Positions 41,281-52,952 of a stretch of DNA of 64,000 bases are shown in pieces. The DNA comes from an uncultured Desulfatitalea sp. GTDB lineage: Bacteria; Desulfobacterota; Desulfobacteria; Desulfobacterales; Desulfosarcinaceae. Location: positions 2,880,001 to 2,944,000 of the forward strand of contig CAXXMB010000002.1 in assembly GCA_963668675.2 (NCBI GenBank). Direction: 5' to 3'. Position 1 is the first letter of the stretch, and every line of letters starts with the position of its first letter. The notes beneath the pieces were generated by a model. That model saw only the letters and a program-made list of their open reading frames with translations, did not search any database and was not told the DNA's origin. The position numbers and the translations under genes were made by a program.

Positions 41281-41436
41281 TTATGAGCTTTGTTTGATAC
41301 GGATGGCACAGTATGTGAGCACTGCGATGAACAGAATCCAGATGATCTGTTGGGGCAGGATGGATAATACATAGGCAACGGTTATGATTGCCAGGACCAA
41401 TACGACGAACCAGGCTGCAAGTTTGTAATAATTCAA
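41281..41436 (-). CDS. Small two-TM membrane protein (51 aa)
   Basis: AGGAGG RBS and TTG start; MNYYKLAAWFVVLVLAIITVAYVLSILPQQIIWILFIAVLTYCAIRIKQSS*. Confidence 0.6.
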   Translation of the reverse strand: MNYYKLAAWFVVLVLAIITVAYVLSILPQQIIWILFIAVLTYCAIRIKQSS

Positions 41437-41599
41437 TAGGCGTTCCTCCTTTAATGGTTTAATGGGGTTGAAAATTGAAAACAGGCGGATGACTTCAGGA
41501 ATTTATATATATAGACGATGGCGATATGATGGATTTGGGTGGTGGTAATGCCTGGTGATGGGTGTTTTTGGATGGAAAATCTTTTTCAAAATGGGATTT

Positions 41600-41635
41600 T
41601 TAGAACTGTCGGAAGCGCAGGTTTAAATCAGAAAT
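41600..41635. repeat. Imperfect direct repeat, copy A
   Basis: TTAGAACTG-TCGGAAGCGCAGGTTTAAATCAGAAAT; matches 56914-56950. Confidence 0.75.
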
Positions 41636-41796
41636 CGACGGTTCTGGGGGATATTATTTGCGGAAGTGTAGATCCGTTGACCCATTTGGTCGAATTGCGA
41701 AATAAATATGGCCACCGGGTTGCTTTCACAGGAATTGAAGATCAGGATCTCGGGGTCGATGCCCAGGTTGCCAGTTAAAACGCATGAATTGAGCAT
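41623..41796 (-). pseudogene. Truncated ssb paralog (5' part only)
   Basis: AGGAGG RBS; MLNSCVLTGNLGIDPEI...ESNPVAIF matches the SSB N-terminus and then diverges; 57 aa. Confidence 0.75.
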
Positions 41797-42021
41797 GTAA
41801 TGCCTCCTTAGTTTGGTTGATAGATTGAGTGTTAGCTGAGTTTGGTGGTTTTCTTAGCAATTAATATGTATAGATGTTAGTTGGTTGGATGGATTGTACT
41901 GGCAACAGAAGGAATTTATAAACATATTCAGACTTCAAACCTTTGCCTTAGTGGTTTTCAATGTGGTAAATTATAATTCTGAGTACGGGGTGCACACATC
42001 AAGAAAATTGTCCACACTTGA

Positions 42022-45000
42022 GTGACAATGGAAATTATTGACAACATAAATAATTTTTTAGGTGACAGCCTAAAACGTACAATCGGCCCTAATTCAAAAC
42101 TTAAGATTGCTGCCTCCTGTTTTTCCATCTATGCTTTCGAAGCATTAAAGAAAGAATTATCTAAAGTAGAATCCCTTGAGTTTATTTTTACATCCCCAAC
42201 CTTTGTACCCGATCAGGTCACAGACAAGCTTAAAAAGGAAAAACGGGAATTTTACATCCCCAAATTAGACCGGGAAAACAGCCTTTATGGAACAGAATTT
42301 GAGATCCGATTAAAAAATCAGCTCACTCAAAAGGCCATCGCCAGAGAATGCGCCGCCTGGGTGCGTGAAAAGGTCCAATTTAAATCCAACCGTTCCAACT
42401 CCCCCATGCAACCTTTCATATGTGTGGATGATGAGCGCACCTCATCCCTATATATGCCATTACACGGCTTTACAGCCGTTGATTTGGGTTATCAGCAAGG
42501 CAACGCCGTATCCAACTTTGTAAACAAAATGACCGATGCCGGTTCAGTGGCAACCTATCTACGGCTTTTCGATCAGATATGGCAGGACAAAGACAAGGTC
42601 GAGGACGTAACAGCATCTATATGTGATCATATTGAAACCGTCTACCAGGATAACGCACCGGAGTTCATCTATTTCTTTATCCTATACAATATCTTCAACG
42701 AGTTTCTTGAAGATATCTCCGAAGACGTACTGCCCAATGATCGAACCGGCTACCAAGACAGTCTCGTATGGAATAAGCTTTTTAATTTTCAAAGAGACGC
42801 CGCTGTCGGCATCATCAATAAACTGGAAAGTTATAACGGATGTATTCTGGCGGATAGCGTGGGGCTCGGCAAAACATTTACCGCTCTGGCCGTCATCAAA
42901 TATTACGAACTTCGCAACAAGTCCGTCCTGGTGCTATGCCCCAAAAAACTGGCTGACAACTGGCTCAACTATAACCAAAATCTTACCACCAATATCTTTG
43001 CCAAAGACCGATTCAACTACGATGTGCTTTGCCACACCGACCTGCAACGCGACAGAGGCTATTCATTCGGCATACCGCTGGATCGAATTAATTGGGGCAA
43101 CTTCGACCTGGTGGTCATCGATGAATCGCACAATTTCCGCAATAACGAAATGTACAGAGACCGGGAGACCCGATACCAGAAACTAATGAATCGGGTGATC
43201 AAATCCGGTGTACGCACCAAAGTCCTGATGCTCTCCGCCACGCCTGTCAATAACCGTTTTACCGATTTACGGAACCAACTGGCGCTGGCCTATGAAGGCG
43301 AACCGGACAACTTGAATGAAAAGCTGCACACAGGCAAAGATATCAACGAAATATTTCGTCGTGCCCAGGCCGCTTTCAACAGTTGGACCAAACTGCCGCC
43401 CGAAGAGCGAACCCCTGAAGCGATTCTGGACGCCTTGGATTACGATTTCTTTGAACTCCTCGATAGCGTTACCATCGCCCGATCCAGAAAGCATATTCAG
43501 AAATTTTATGATACCACCGATATTAGCTCTTTCCCTACACGCAAAAAGCCGCTGTCGTTTCACTGCCCGTTGACCACACGGACGGATGTTATGGGATTTA
43601 ACGACATTTTTCAGTCTTTGATCTCCCTGAAGATGGGAGTATACGCCCCGTTCCGATATATATTTCCCAGCCGCCTGGCCAAGTATGAGGAAATCTATGA
43701 CACCATGATCATGGGCGGGCTTTCCCGATTAAAACAAAGTGATCGTGAAAAAAGCCTCCAGGCCTTAATGACCGTGAACTTGCTCAAACGCCTGGAAAGC
43801 TCGGTGGAAGCCTTTCGCATCACCCTCCAAAAGCTCCAGAAAAATCATGAAAGCATCCTTGATAAAATAGAACGCTTTAAAGAAACAGGCGAACGCGATA
43901 GCTTTGACGACCTTTCCTCAGCCTTAGAATACACAGAGGTTGATGAAGAAGAGTTCCCCGATGAAGAAGATACTACCATCGGTGGCAAGGTTCAGATCAG
44001 CCTTTCGGACATGGATTTGGATGCCTGGGAGTTCGACCTTCGCTCCGACCTTGGCACCATCACCGCACTGCTTTCAGAAATGCAAAAGATCACCCCACCC
44101 GAGGATGCCAAATTAGAACATCTCAAAGCTCTGATTAAGGATAAAATAGAAAACCCGATCAATCCCGGCAACCGCAAAGTACTTCTTTTTACCGCTTTCG
44201 CCGATACCGCCGGTTATCTTTACGACAACCTGGCTCCCTATATCCAAAAGCAGTTCGGCCTTCATGCCGCCAAGGTGAGTGGCAGCGGCAGCATTAAATC
44301 GACGCTAAAAAACCATTATAATTTTCAATCCATCCTGACCCTGTTCTCACCCATCGCCAAGGAAAAGGCGTTGATCATGCCACAGGAGCAGGCACAGATC
44401 GATCTCTTAATCGGCACGGATTGTATATCCGAGGGTCAGAACCTGCAGGATTGCGACTTTTTGGTAAACTACGACATCCACTGGAACCCCGTGCGCATTA
44501 TCCAGCGTTTTGGTCGCATCGACCGCATCGGCTCTCAAAATAAAGAGATCCAACTGGTCAACTACTGGCCCGATATCTCTTTGGACGATTACATCAATCT
44601 AAAAGAGCGGGTTGAAAGCCGGATGGTCATCGCCGATTTCACCGCCACCGGTGACGACAACATTCTCAAGCCGGAAGCCAATGACCTTGCCTATCGCAAG
44701 GCCCAACTGCAACGCCTGCAAGACGAAGTGATAGACTTGGAAGACATAAAAACCGGCGTCTCCATCACCGATCTGGGTTTGAACGACTTTCGGATGGATC
44801 TGATTAATTATGTCAAAAACCATGGTAACCTGGATGGCATCCCCAAAGGCATGCATGCCATTACCGAGGCCCAACCGGACAAAGGATTGTTGCCTGGTGT
44901 GATCTTTGCGCTGCGCAACACCAACCAAGGGGTCAATGTCAATCAGCAAAACCGCCTGCACCCTTACTATTTGGTCTACATTCTTAAAGACGGCAACATC

Positions 45001-45303
45001 CTGATCAACCACACAGAAGTGAAAAAAATACTCGACCTGCTGCGCACAGCCTGCAAAGGCCAATCCGAGCCGATCCCGGACCTTTTTCGCACCTTCAACC
45101 GGGAGACCCGTGACGGACGAAACATGGGAACCTATTCCCAACTGCTCGGCCTGGGCATTCGTTCCATGATCGAAACCCAGGAAGAAAAAGATATCCAAAG
45201 CCTGTTTACCGGCGGCGGCACCACCGCGTTGCACAACACCATTAATGGTTTGGATGATTTTGAGCTGGTTGCCTTTCTGGTGATTCGGGAAAGGGCTAAT
45301 TAA
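42022..45303 (+). CDS. SNF2-like helicase associated with type III RM (N-terminal PLD-like fold without HKD)
   Basis: LADSVGLGKT, IDESHNFRN, LSATPVNN, SEGQNLQ, HWNPVRIIQRFGRIDRIG; alternative ATG at 42028. Confidence 0.9.
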   Translation: MTMEIIDNINNFLGDSLKRTIGPNSKLKIAASCFSIYAFEALKKELSKVESLEFIFTSPTFVPDQVTDKLKKEKREFYIPKLDRENSLYGTEFEIRLKNQLTQKAIARECAAWVREKVQFKSNRSNSPMQPFICVDDERTSSLYMPLHGFTAVDLGYQQGNAVSNFVNKMTDAGSVATYLRLFDQIWQDKDKVEDVTASICDHIETVYQDNAPEFIYFFILYNIFNEFLEDISEDVLPNDRTGYQDSLVWNKLFNFQRDAAVGIINKLESYNGCILADSVGLGKTFTALAVIKYYELRNKSVLVLCPKKLADNWLNYNQNLTTNIFAKDRFNYDVLCHTDLQRDRGYSFGIPLDRINWGNFDLVVIDESHNFRNNEMYRDRETRYQKLMNRVIKSGVRTKVLMLSATPVNNRFTDLRNQLALAYEGEPDNLNEKLHTGKDINEIFRRAQAAFNSWTKLPPEERTPEAILDALDYDFFELLDSVTIARSRKHIQKFYDTTDISSFPTRKKPLSFHCPLTTRTDVMGFNDIFQSLISLKMGVYAPFRYIFPSRLAKYEEIYDTMIMGGLSRLKQSDREKSLQALMTVNLLKRLESSVEAFRITLQKLQKNHESILDKIERFKETGERDSFDDLSSALEYTEVDEEEFPDEEDTTIGGKVQISLSDMDLDAWEFDLRSDLGTITALLSEMQKITPPEDAKLEHLKALIKDKIENPINPGNRKVLLFTAFADTAGYLYDNLAPYIQKQFGLHAAKVSGSGSIKSTLKNHYNFQSILTLFSPIAKEKALIMPQEQAQIDLLIGTDCISEGQNLQDCDFLVNYDIHWNPVRIIQRFGRIDRIGSQNKEIQLVNYWPDISLDDYINLKERVESRMVIADFTATGDDNILKPEANDLAYRKAQLQRLQDEVIDLEDIKTGVSITDLGLNDFRMDLINYVKNHGNLDGIPKGMHAITEAQPDKGLLPGVIFALRNTNQGVNVNQQNRLHPYYLVYILKDGNILINHTEVKKILDLLRTACKGQSEPIPDLFRTFNRETRDGRNMGTYSQLLGLGIRSMIETQEEKDIQSLFTGGGTTALHNTINGLDDFELVAFLVIRERAN

Positions 45304-45305
45304 CC

Positions 45306-45992
45306 ATGTTCGTCTATCCCCCCCAGGCCCGGGTGGACCGCAAATTGCCTAAAAGTGTTATTTATAAAAACGCCAAGCCATCCACGACCGTCAAAGAGCT
45401 CTTTGTCAGCCAGGTGGCCGACATCATCTGGAAATTCAAGTTAGCCCCAGAGACAATCAATATCCCGGCCAAGGCCGGTTACACGGAGATTCAGGTTTTC
45501 GACATCCTGCTCAAAGGCGCAAAGCTCGACCCAAAGGTGCTCCGCTCAATAGATAAGGCCATTCCTTACCCCTTATTTTTCAGATTGCATAACCAGGACC
45601 GTATCAACAGGGTCACTGCATTTAAAAGGCCCAATGTCGCTACGAGCAAAACACCAAAAACAATTGACGATCGCCCCTGGGTTCTTGGAACCTATTTTGA
45701 AACCGGTTGGCAACCCAATACACACTCTCAATCCAAACTGCCGCTGGCCCTTGACTTAAGATCCCTTTACGAGCAGATGCTGTTGCCGTATATACCCCTT
45801 GGTCGCCGTCCAGATGAACATTTGGAATCCCTGGTGGAGCGGCATCATTTGATCCGGACCAAACAGCGAAAATTGAAAACAGTGAAGTCTAAAATGAAAA
45901 AGGAACGACAATTCAACCGCAAGGTGGATCTCAACACCCGTATTCGCGACCTTGAAAATGAACTGGCGGATTTAATGGCAGCCTCAAGATAA
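45306..45992 (+). CDS. DUF4391-family protein
   Basis: WKFKLAPETIN, EIQVF, IDKAIPYP, KERQFNRKVDLN; typical position between SNF2 and Mod. Confidence 0.85.
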   Translation: MFVYPPQARVDRKLPKSVIYKNAKPSTTVKELFVSQVADIIWKFKLAPETINIPAKAGYTEIQVFDILLKGAKLDPKVLRSIDKAIPYPLFFRLHNQDRINRVTAFKRPNVATSKTPKTIDDRPWVLGTYFETGWQPNTHSQSKLPLALDLRSLYEQMLLPYIPLGRRPDEHLESLVERHHLIRTKQRKLKTVKSKMKKERQFNRKVDLNTRIRDLENELADLMAASR

Positions 45993-46012
45993 AGAATAAA
46001 GAAGGTAATAAA

Positions 46013-47884
46013 ATGGACAAACTCAAAATGCAAAGCCCCAATCTGGTGGAATCCAACATAGACAAGATTGCCGAGTTGTTCCCCAACTGCATTTCCGAAA
46101 GCAAAGATGAAAATGGGAATTTGAAACGGGTTGTGGATTTCGATCTGCTGCGCCAGGAGCTTTCCCCCCACCTGGTGGAAGGCCCCCAGGAGCGGTACAC
46201 TCTGAGTTGGCCCGGAAAAAATGAAGCCATTCTGGCAGCCAATGCGCCCATTGCCAAGACATTAAGGCCCTGTGAAGAGGAGAGCGTTGATTTTGATACC
46301 ACCAAGAATATTTTCATTGAGGGCGATAATTTGGATGTACTCAAGCTGCTGCAGGAGACTTATCTGGACAAGGTGAAAATGATCTATATCGATCCGCCGT
46401 ATAATACAGGGAATGATTTTATTTATGATGATGATTTTGCTGAAAACACAAAGGATTTCCTGAAACGCTCAAATCAAAAAGATGAAGAAGGAAATCGCCT
46501 TATACCAAACCCCGATTCCAAAGGACGTTTTCACTCTGATTGGCTCAGCATGATGTATTCGAGGCTGAAACTGGCAAGGAATCTTTTGAAAAATGATGGG
46601 GTAATTTTTATCAGCATAGATATCCATGAAGTATCTAATCTGCGATTATTAATGAATGAAGTTTTTGGCAGCTCGTGTCACAAAAATACTATTGCTGTTC
46701 GTAGAGGAATAAAAAACGTACAGGCGCAATTTGAGGATTTAAGCTCCCTATCATTAGGCCATGAATATATTCTCATGTATTCGAAATCGTCAGAAACACG
46801 TCTCCCCAAATTAGTCTATTCGCATGGCAAACAAAAACCTGGAAAATGGGATACCTTTTGGAGAGGGACAAATCGTCCAACCATGCGCTACGAACTTTTC
46901 GGGACTTTTCCTGAGACCGGGCAATGGAGATGGGAAGAGGGACGCACAAAGTTAGCTGTCAAGAATTATGAGGACTATCTTGCTAACCACGCTAGCGATA
47001 TGTCCCTAGATGAATGGTATTTGGATAATTTAACTGCAACAAATATAAAACTCAATTTCGTCCGTAAAAATGAAGAAGGTACTGTTCAGTATTATGTGCC
47101 ACCTACTGAAGGCAGATTACTAAGTGACAACTGGATGGATATTACCTTAAGTGGAAATGAGACCAAAGAATTCAATACTGAAAAAAATGTAGCTTTACTA
47201 TCCAGAGCTATTAAATGGATTTGCTCTAACGAACAGAGCCCTATCATCCTCGATTTTTTTGCTGGCTCCTCCACAACCGCTCACGCCGTAATGCAACTAA
47301 ACGCAGAAGACGAGAGAAAACGAAAATTCATCATGGTGCAGCTCGATGAACCATGCGATGAAACGTCCGAAGCCTTCAAAGCCGGTTACAAAAACATAGC
47401 CGAAATTGCCAAGGAGCGCATTCGTCGAGCTGGTAAAAAGATCAAAGAGGAAAACTCTGCAAAAACACAAGTCCTTGACACCGGCTTCCGCATCCTTAAA
47501 CTCGATACTTCCAATATGAAAGATGTATATTACACCCCCGACCAAACCAAACAAACCAACTTGGAAATGTTCACCGACCACATCAAAGACGACCGTCGTC
47601 GCGAAGACATTCTGTTCCAGGTACTCCTCGACTGGGGCCTGGATCTGTCCCTACCCATCGCCAAGGAAACCATTGAAGACAAGACGGTCTTTTTCGTGGA
47701 CGGCAACGTACTGGCTGCCTGTTTTGATACCGACATCACCGAGGATATGGTCAAAGTCTTGGCCAAGCGCAATCCTCTGCGCGCCGTTTTTCGGGATGAT
47801 GGCTTCGGCAGCGATAGCGTCAAGATTAATGTGGAGCAGATCTTCAAACTGCTTTCTCCGGAAACCGAAGTTAAGACCATCTAA
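46013..47884 (+). CDS. mod: Type III RM methyltransferase Mod
   Basis: [43 protein letters not shown]. Confidence 0.93.
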   Translation: MDKLKMQSPNLVESNIDKIAELFPNCISESKDENGNLKRVVDFDLLRQELSPHLVEGPQERYTLSWPGKNEAILAANAPIAKTLRPCEEESVDFDTTKNIFIEGDNLDVLKLLQETYLDKVKMIYIDPPYNTGNDFIYDDDFAENTKDFLKRSNQKDEEGNRLIPNPDSKGRFHSDWLSMMYSRLKLARNLLKNDGVIFISIDIHEVSNLRLLMNEVFGSSCHKNTIAVRRGIKNVQAQFEDLSSLSLGHEYILMYSKSSETRLPKLVYSHGKQKPGKWDTFWRGTNRPTMRYELFGTFPETGQWRWEEGRTKLAVKNYEDYLANHASDMSLDEWYLDNLTATNIKLNFVRKNEEGTVQYYVPPTEGRLLSDNWMDITLSGNETKEFNTEKNVALLSRAIKWICSNEQSPIILDFFAGSSTTAHAVMQLNAEDERKRKFIMVQLDEPCDETSEAFKAGYKNIAEIAKERIRRAGKKIKEENSAKTQVLDTGFRILKLDTSNMKDVYYTPDQTKQTNLEMFTDHIKDDRRREDILFQVLLDWGLDLSLPIAKETIEDKTVFFVDGNVLAACFDTDITEDMVKVLAKRNPLRAVFRDDGFGSDSVKINVEQIFKLLSPETEVKTI

Positions 47885-47901
47885 GGATCAGGCGCTTTTC
47901 C

Positions 47902-50900
47902 ATGAAAATAAGATTCAAGCAGCAGAATTTTCAAACTGAAGCGGTTAAGGCCATTGCCGACTGTTTTGCCGGACAACCCCGACAGAGCATGCAAAAATAT
48001 CGTATCGACCCCGGCAAAACCAACCCGGCCGAGGCCAAGCATTACAAACAGGTACGCATGGATGCCGAGTTCCTTCAATCCGGTTTCAGGAACCAGGAAC
48101 TGGTCCTTGCCCCCCACCAACTGCTGCACAATATCAATACCGTGCAACGCTCCTTCAATTTGGACCTTTCTCCCAAACTGGTCACCACCAAAGTGTGTAA
48201 CGTCAATCTGGATGTGGAGATGGAGACCGGGACCGGAAAGACCTACTGTTACATCAAAGCCATGTTCGAACTGAATAAGCGTTACGGCTGGTCCAAATAC
48301 ATCGTCATGGTGCCCTCCGTGGCCATTCGGGAGGGTGTATTCAAGTCATTCCAGATAACCGCCGACCATTTCATGGAGGCGTATCACAAGCGGATTCGTT
48401 TTTTCATCTACAACTCCAAAGAGCCGCACCACATTGAGTCTTTTTCCTCCGACGGCGGCATCAATGCCATGATCATCAATGTGCAGGCCTTTGCCGCCAG
48501 GGGTAAGGATGCCCGCCGCATTTACATGGAACTCGATGATTTTCAATCCCGGCGGCCCATTGATGTGATCAAACGTAATCATCCGATTTTGATTTTAGAC
48601 GAACCCCAAAAGATGGAAGGCCCGGCGACCACCAAAGCATTGGAGGAGTTCAACCCATTGGCGGTCTTGCGCTTTTCCGCCACACACAAGACCCAACACA
48701 ACCAAGTGTACCGCCTGGATGCCCTGGATGCCTATAATCAAAAGATAGTTAAAAAAATCAAGGTTAACGGGATTACCGTGAAGGGTTTAACAGGCACCAA
48801 TGCCTATCTTTACCTTGAATCTATCCGCATATCCGCATCCAGCCCACCCATTGCCAGGATGGAATTTGAGTTCCGCCAAAAGGGCAACATCAAGCGGGTC
48901 ATCCGTAATTTTAAATCTGGGGACAATCTTTTCGAACTCTCCGGCGAACTTGGCCAGTACAAAGGTTTTGTCATATCTGACATCGATGCAGTGGCAAACC
49001 GTGTAGATTTTACCAATAGCGAAGCCCTCTATGCGGGTGAAGCCACCGGTGATGTAAACGAGGAAACCCTGCGTAGAATCCAAATCCGTGAAGCCATTGC
49101 AGCTCACTTTGAGAAAGAACAAGCCCTGTTTTACCAGGGCATCAAAGTGCTGTCCCTGTTTTTCATTGACGAGGTGGCCAAATACCGCAGTTATGAGGGA
49201 GGCGTGGAGCAGCCTGGTGAATATGCCGTCATGTTCGAAGAGGAATATAATACGATTCTGAACGAAATACTGACCATTGAAAATTCACCTTACAATCAAT
49301 ATCTCCGGGATATTCCCACGACAAACACGCACAATGGTTATTTTTCCATCGACAAAAAGAATAAACGTCTGGTCGATCCTAAAGCCAAAGGTAAGGAAAA
49401 AGAGGCCGACGATGTGGAGGCCTACGATTTAATCCTTCGGGATAAGGAACGTTTGCTCTCTTTGAAAGAGCCGGTCCGCTTCATTTTCTCCCACTCTGCA
49501 CTTAGGGAAGGTTGGGACAATCCCAATATATTCGTAATCTGTACGTTAAAGCACAGCGACAGCGTCATTGCCAAACGCCAGGAGGTGGGGCGCGGGTTGA
49601 GGTTGAGTGTCAATCAAGTGGGGGAACGCATGGACAACCCTGCGGATGTCCACAACATCAACATTTTGACCGTCGTGGCCAGTGAAAGTTACAAGGATTT
49701 TGTAGGCGCGTTGCAAAAAGAGATCTCCGAATCCCTTTCCGCCAGACCGCGCAAGGCTGATGAGGCTTATTTTATCGGTAAAATACTAAGAAGCGACGAT
49801 GGTGACATAACCGTCGATGCCCAAATGGCTAAACAAATTTATCGGTATCTAATTAAAAACGATTATACCGACGACAATGATACTGTCACTAAAACTTATC
49901 ACGATGCCAGAAAGGACGGTACTTTAGCGGAACTACCACCTGAATTGGCACCCCATGCCCCCCAGGTGATCGGGCTCATCGATAGCGTTTTCAGCGATGC
50001 AGCCCTGCCGGACATAGACGACGGCCGCAAGGCCAAACGCAATCCATTGAATAAAAATTTTGAACGGGCTGAGTTTCGCGCTCTGTGGGACAAAATCAAC
50101 CAAAAAGCCGCCTATACCGTTCACTTTGACACCGAGGAGTTGGTTAACAAATGCATCATAGCCTTGGATGAACAACTTCGGGTCACAAAGCTGCAATACA
50201 CCATCGAACGGGGCGAACAGAAAGATTCCATTGATCATGAGAGCATGCAAAAGGGTCAAGGGTTCGAAGTCCGCGAAAACCAAACCGGCACGTTTACCCA
50301 TTCAATCCATTCCGCTGTCACCTACGATCTTATCGGCAAATTGGCCGAGGATACCAAACTAACCCGCAGGACCATCGTCAAGATCCTCAAAGGCATAAAC
50401 AACGCCATCTTCGCCCAGTTTAAAACCAACCCGGAGGATTTCATCCTAAAAGCAGGCACCCTCATCAACGAACAAAAAGCGACGGTCATAGTGGAGTATC
50501 TCTCATACGACCCGGTTCAAGATCGCCACAACTTGGATATCTTCACCGCTCAAAAAAATCGCGAAGACTTTAGTAAAGCGGTTAAAGCAGACCGTCACAT
50601 CTACGACTATGTTTTCACCGATTCCAAAATTGAGAAAGAGTTCGTGCAGCAGTTAGACAAAAGTATCGAAGTAGTCGTGTACGCCAAACTCCCCCGCAGC
50701 TTCTTTATCCCAACCCCGGTCGGCAACTACAATCCAGACTGGGCCATAGCCTTCAAAGAAGGCACCGTCAAACACGTATACTTTGTCGCCGAAACCAAAG
50801 GCTCAATGTCCACCCTGCAGCTCAGAAAAATAGAAGAATCGAAAATAGAATGCGCCCGAAAATTTTTTGCCGGTATTACGTCCGACCAGGTTAAGTACGA

Positions 50901-50943
50901 TGTTGTAGATAGCTATGACAAATTAATGTCTATAGTAGCGTAG
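47902..50943 (+). CDS. res: Type III RM restriction subunit Res
   Basis: [44 protein letters not shown]...VAETK. Confidence 0.93.
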   Translation: MKIRFKQQNFQTEAVKAIADCFAGQPRQSMQKYRIDPGKTNPAEAKHYKQVRMDAEFLQSGFRNQELVLAPHQLLHNINTVQRSFNLDLSPKLVTTKVCNVNLDVEMETGTGKTYCYIKAMFELNKRYGWSKYIVMVPSVAIREGVFKSFQITADHFMEAYHKRIRFFIYNSKEPHHIESFSSDGGINAMIINVQAFAARGKDARRIYMELDDFQSRRPIDVIKRNHPILILDEPQKMEGPATTKALEEFNPLAVLRFSATHKTQHNQVYRLDALDAYNQKIVKKIKVNGITVKGLTGTNAYLYLESIRISASSPPIARMEFEFRQKGNIKRVIRNFKSGDNLFELSGELGQYKGFVISDIDAVANRVDFTNSEALYAGEATGDVNEETLRRIQIREAIAAHFEKEQALFYQGIKVLSLFFIDEVAKYRSYEGGVEQPGEYAVMFEEEYNTILNEILTIENSPYNQYLRDIPTTNTHNGYFSIDKKNKRLVDPKAKGKEKEADDVEAYDLILRDKERLLSLKEPVRFIFSHSALREGWDNPNIFVICTLKHSDSVIAKRQEVGRGLRLSVNQVGERMDNPADVHNINILTVVASESYKDFVGALQKEISESLSARPRKADEAYFIGKILRSDDGDITVDAQMAKQIYRYLIKNDYTDDNDTVTKTYHDARKDGTLAELPPELAPHAPQVIGLIDSVFSDAALPDIDDGRKAKRNPLNKNFERAEFRALWDKINQKAAYTVHFDTEELVNKCIIALDEQLRVTKLQYTIERGEQKDSIDHESMQKGQGFEVRENQTGTFTHSIHSAVTYDLIGKLAEDTKLTRRTIVKILKGINNAIFAQFKTNPEDFILKAGTLINEQKATVIVEYLSYDPVQDRHNLDIFTAQKNREDFSKAVKADRHIYDYVFTDSKIEKEFVQQLDKSIEVVVYAKLPRSFFIPTPVGNYNPDWAIAFKEGTVKHVYFVAETKGSMSTLQLRKIEESKIECARKFFAGITSDQVKYDVVDSYDKLMSIVA

Positions 50944-50953
50944 GGAATTAAAA

Positions 50954-52417
50954 ATGAAAATCAGTTTAGCTGCTCCATTACAATATGCCCATAGACAACT
51001 ATCTGAATCCCTTCATGAGTACAGAACAGAATTTGAAAGGGATAGGGATAGGATACTTTATTCGAAAGCATTCAGACGTCTCAGCGGTAAGACTCAAATA
51101 TTTTTACCATTATCACATGATCATGTTCGAAATAGGCTTACCCATACATTAGAGGTATCCCAGATCGCAAAAGTCACAGCAAAGAATTTGAACCTAAATG
51201 GTGATTTAGCTGAAGCGATTGCACTTGGACATGATCTGGGCCACACTCCATTTGGTCACGTAGGAGAACGTGCGTTAAATTTGATAAGTAATAACTGCGC
51301 GGAATTGCATCCTTATTTCGAAGTATTAGATCCATCGAAAAAAGGTTTTAAACATAATCTTCATGGGTTGCGAGTGATATGTCACCTTGAAAAAGCCTAC
51401 AGGCTACAACCAGGAATGAATCTAACAAATTTTACTCTGTGGGGCATTAAAAACCATAGCAAATTGAGTTGGGATAAGTATGATCCAGAAAGCGGGAAGT
51501 TGTCAGCGTGTGAATACAATCAAAATGGTACTTGCTATTTTCAATTAAGGCCGAAACCATGCATAAATAATCGACTTTATGTCGGATTCTATGATAAATA
51601 CAATCAATTCACAAGAATCGATCAAAGCAAAAATGAGGCCTGGAGTTTTGAAGGTTTCATTGTCGCTTTTGCCGATGAAATTGCCCAGAGGCATCATGAT
51701 GTGGAAGATGGGTTATTTATGAAAATAATTTCTATCGAGGAATTAAAAGATAGAATCAGGGATCTTTTTAAAAAATACTTCGATGATGAGGACAAGGCAA
51801 ATTTCTACAAGCTTTCAAGAGAGAAGGATCAAGGGTATTTTTTGCCCTTGATATCGAGATTCATTGTAAATTTACTGAATAAGAACCTTATTAACTACTC
51901 GAGTGAACAATTATCTAAGTTAGCTCAACTGCATTCCATTTCATCATCCGAAGATTTTTGTAACATCTATAATCAATTGAATTATAGTGAAACAAAATCA
52001 TGCATTGCATTCGAAGAGGAATTCGATATTTCACAAAAAGAGTTTCAAAAATTTCTTAAGAATAGAATTCTCAATTCATATGAGGTTCAACGAATGGATG
52101 GTAGAGGAACCTACATCATTAGAAAGTTATTGAAAGCATATTTAACCAATCCTTCACAATTATCCGACCCAACTCTTGTTGCAATAGAAAACATTTATAG
52201 AGGGCGAACTACGGGAAGAAAAGCAATCTATGATTATAAAGAGCCTGAATTGGGAAGTCTTAGAAACGAAGTTAATAGTCTATCGAAAAAGTCAGATAAG
52301 GCCTTTCAGATAAGCTTATTGAGAGGGCTATGCGATCATATTGCAGGCATGACAGACAATTTTGCTATTGCTGAATACAAACGGCTATACGGAATTGATC
52401 CAGTTTTAATAGGATAA
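50954..52417 (+). CDS. HD-domain dNTP triphosphohydrolase (dGTPase), probably anti-phage
   Basis: RDRDRILYSKAFRRLSGKTQ, RLTHTLEV, HDLGHTPFGH, ADEIA..HHDVEDG, IAGMTD. Confidence 0.9.
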   Translation: MKISLAAPLQYAHRQLSESLHEYRTEFERDRDRILYSKAFRRLSGKTQIFLPLSHDHVRNRLTHTLEVSQIAKVTAKNLNLNGDLAEAIALGHDLGHTPFGHVGERALNLISNNCAELHPYFEVLDPSKKGFKHNLHGLRVICHLEKAYRLQPGMNLTNFTLWGIKNHSKLSWDKYDPESGKLSACEYNQNGTCYFQLRPKPCINNRLYVGFYDKYNQFTRIDQSKNEAWSFEGFIVAFADEIAQRHHDVEDGLFMKIISIEELKDRIRDLFKKYFDDEDKANFYKLSREKDQGYFLPLISRFIVNLLNKNLINYSSEQLSKLAQLHSISSSEDFCNIYNQLNYSETKSCIAFEEEFDISQKEFQKFLKNRILNSYEVQRMDGRGTYIIRKLLKAYLTNPSQLSDPTLVAIENIYRGRTTGRKAIYDYKEPELGSLRNEVNSLSKKSDKAFQISLLRGLCDHIAGMTDNFAIAEYKRLYGIDPVLIG

Positions 52418-52448
52418 TATCCTTAAACGGATATAAAAAGCTGCCTAT

Positions 52449-52676
52449 ATGAAAGACGGCATACAAAACATAATCGGGAAGACCATCAAATCCGTTATCG
52501 TAACAAGAAACGACAGGCCTCCCGGAAATCAGGTCTTTTTGATTTTCGACGATGACACTTATTTTGAATTCTACGGAGAGAGCTTCACGGGTGCCGGAGG
52601 GATAGATCAAGGCAGTGTTGATGAAGTGTCAAGATATATCGAAAAGAGTGGGGCCGAGATCACAGATGTTTATTGA
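52449..52676 (+). CDS. Small acidic hypothetical protein (75 aa)
   Basis: Open frame 31 bp after the dGTPase with protein-like composition. Confidence 0.6.
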   Translation: MKDGIQNIIGKTIKSVIVTRNDRPPGNQVFLIFDDDTYFEFYGESFTGAGGIDQGSVDEVSRYIEKSGAEITDVY

Positions 52677-52952
52677 TGTTGCTGAGCAAACCTACTATTT
52701 CCTTAGAACGCAGTTTTTCAACGCTCAAAGCAGTAATAGCTTTGATTGAACTGGATTTAGTTTTTTTTGAGGTAGTTACCTACTATCACAACCCATTGCC
52801 TGAAAATAGATTTGTTTTGAAAAGTTGTCAGTGCACCTGGGGGGATGCTTAAACTCGGACTGCACTGCAGCTTATAGATAATAAATGACTTATGAGTATT
52901 TTGTACAGTTGAAACCTCAACAATAAAATTTGTGAAGGAGGAGAGATGTACA

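Noticed and set aside
42022..45303. DISARM or BREX call for the SNF2 helicase
   Set aside because: No DrmA/DrmB/DrmC or PglZ/BrxC partners; the neighbours are DUF4391 and type III Mod/Res.
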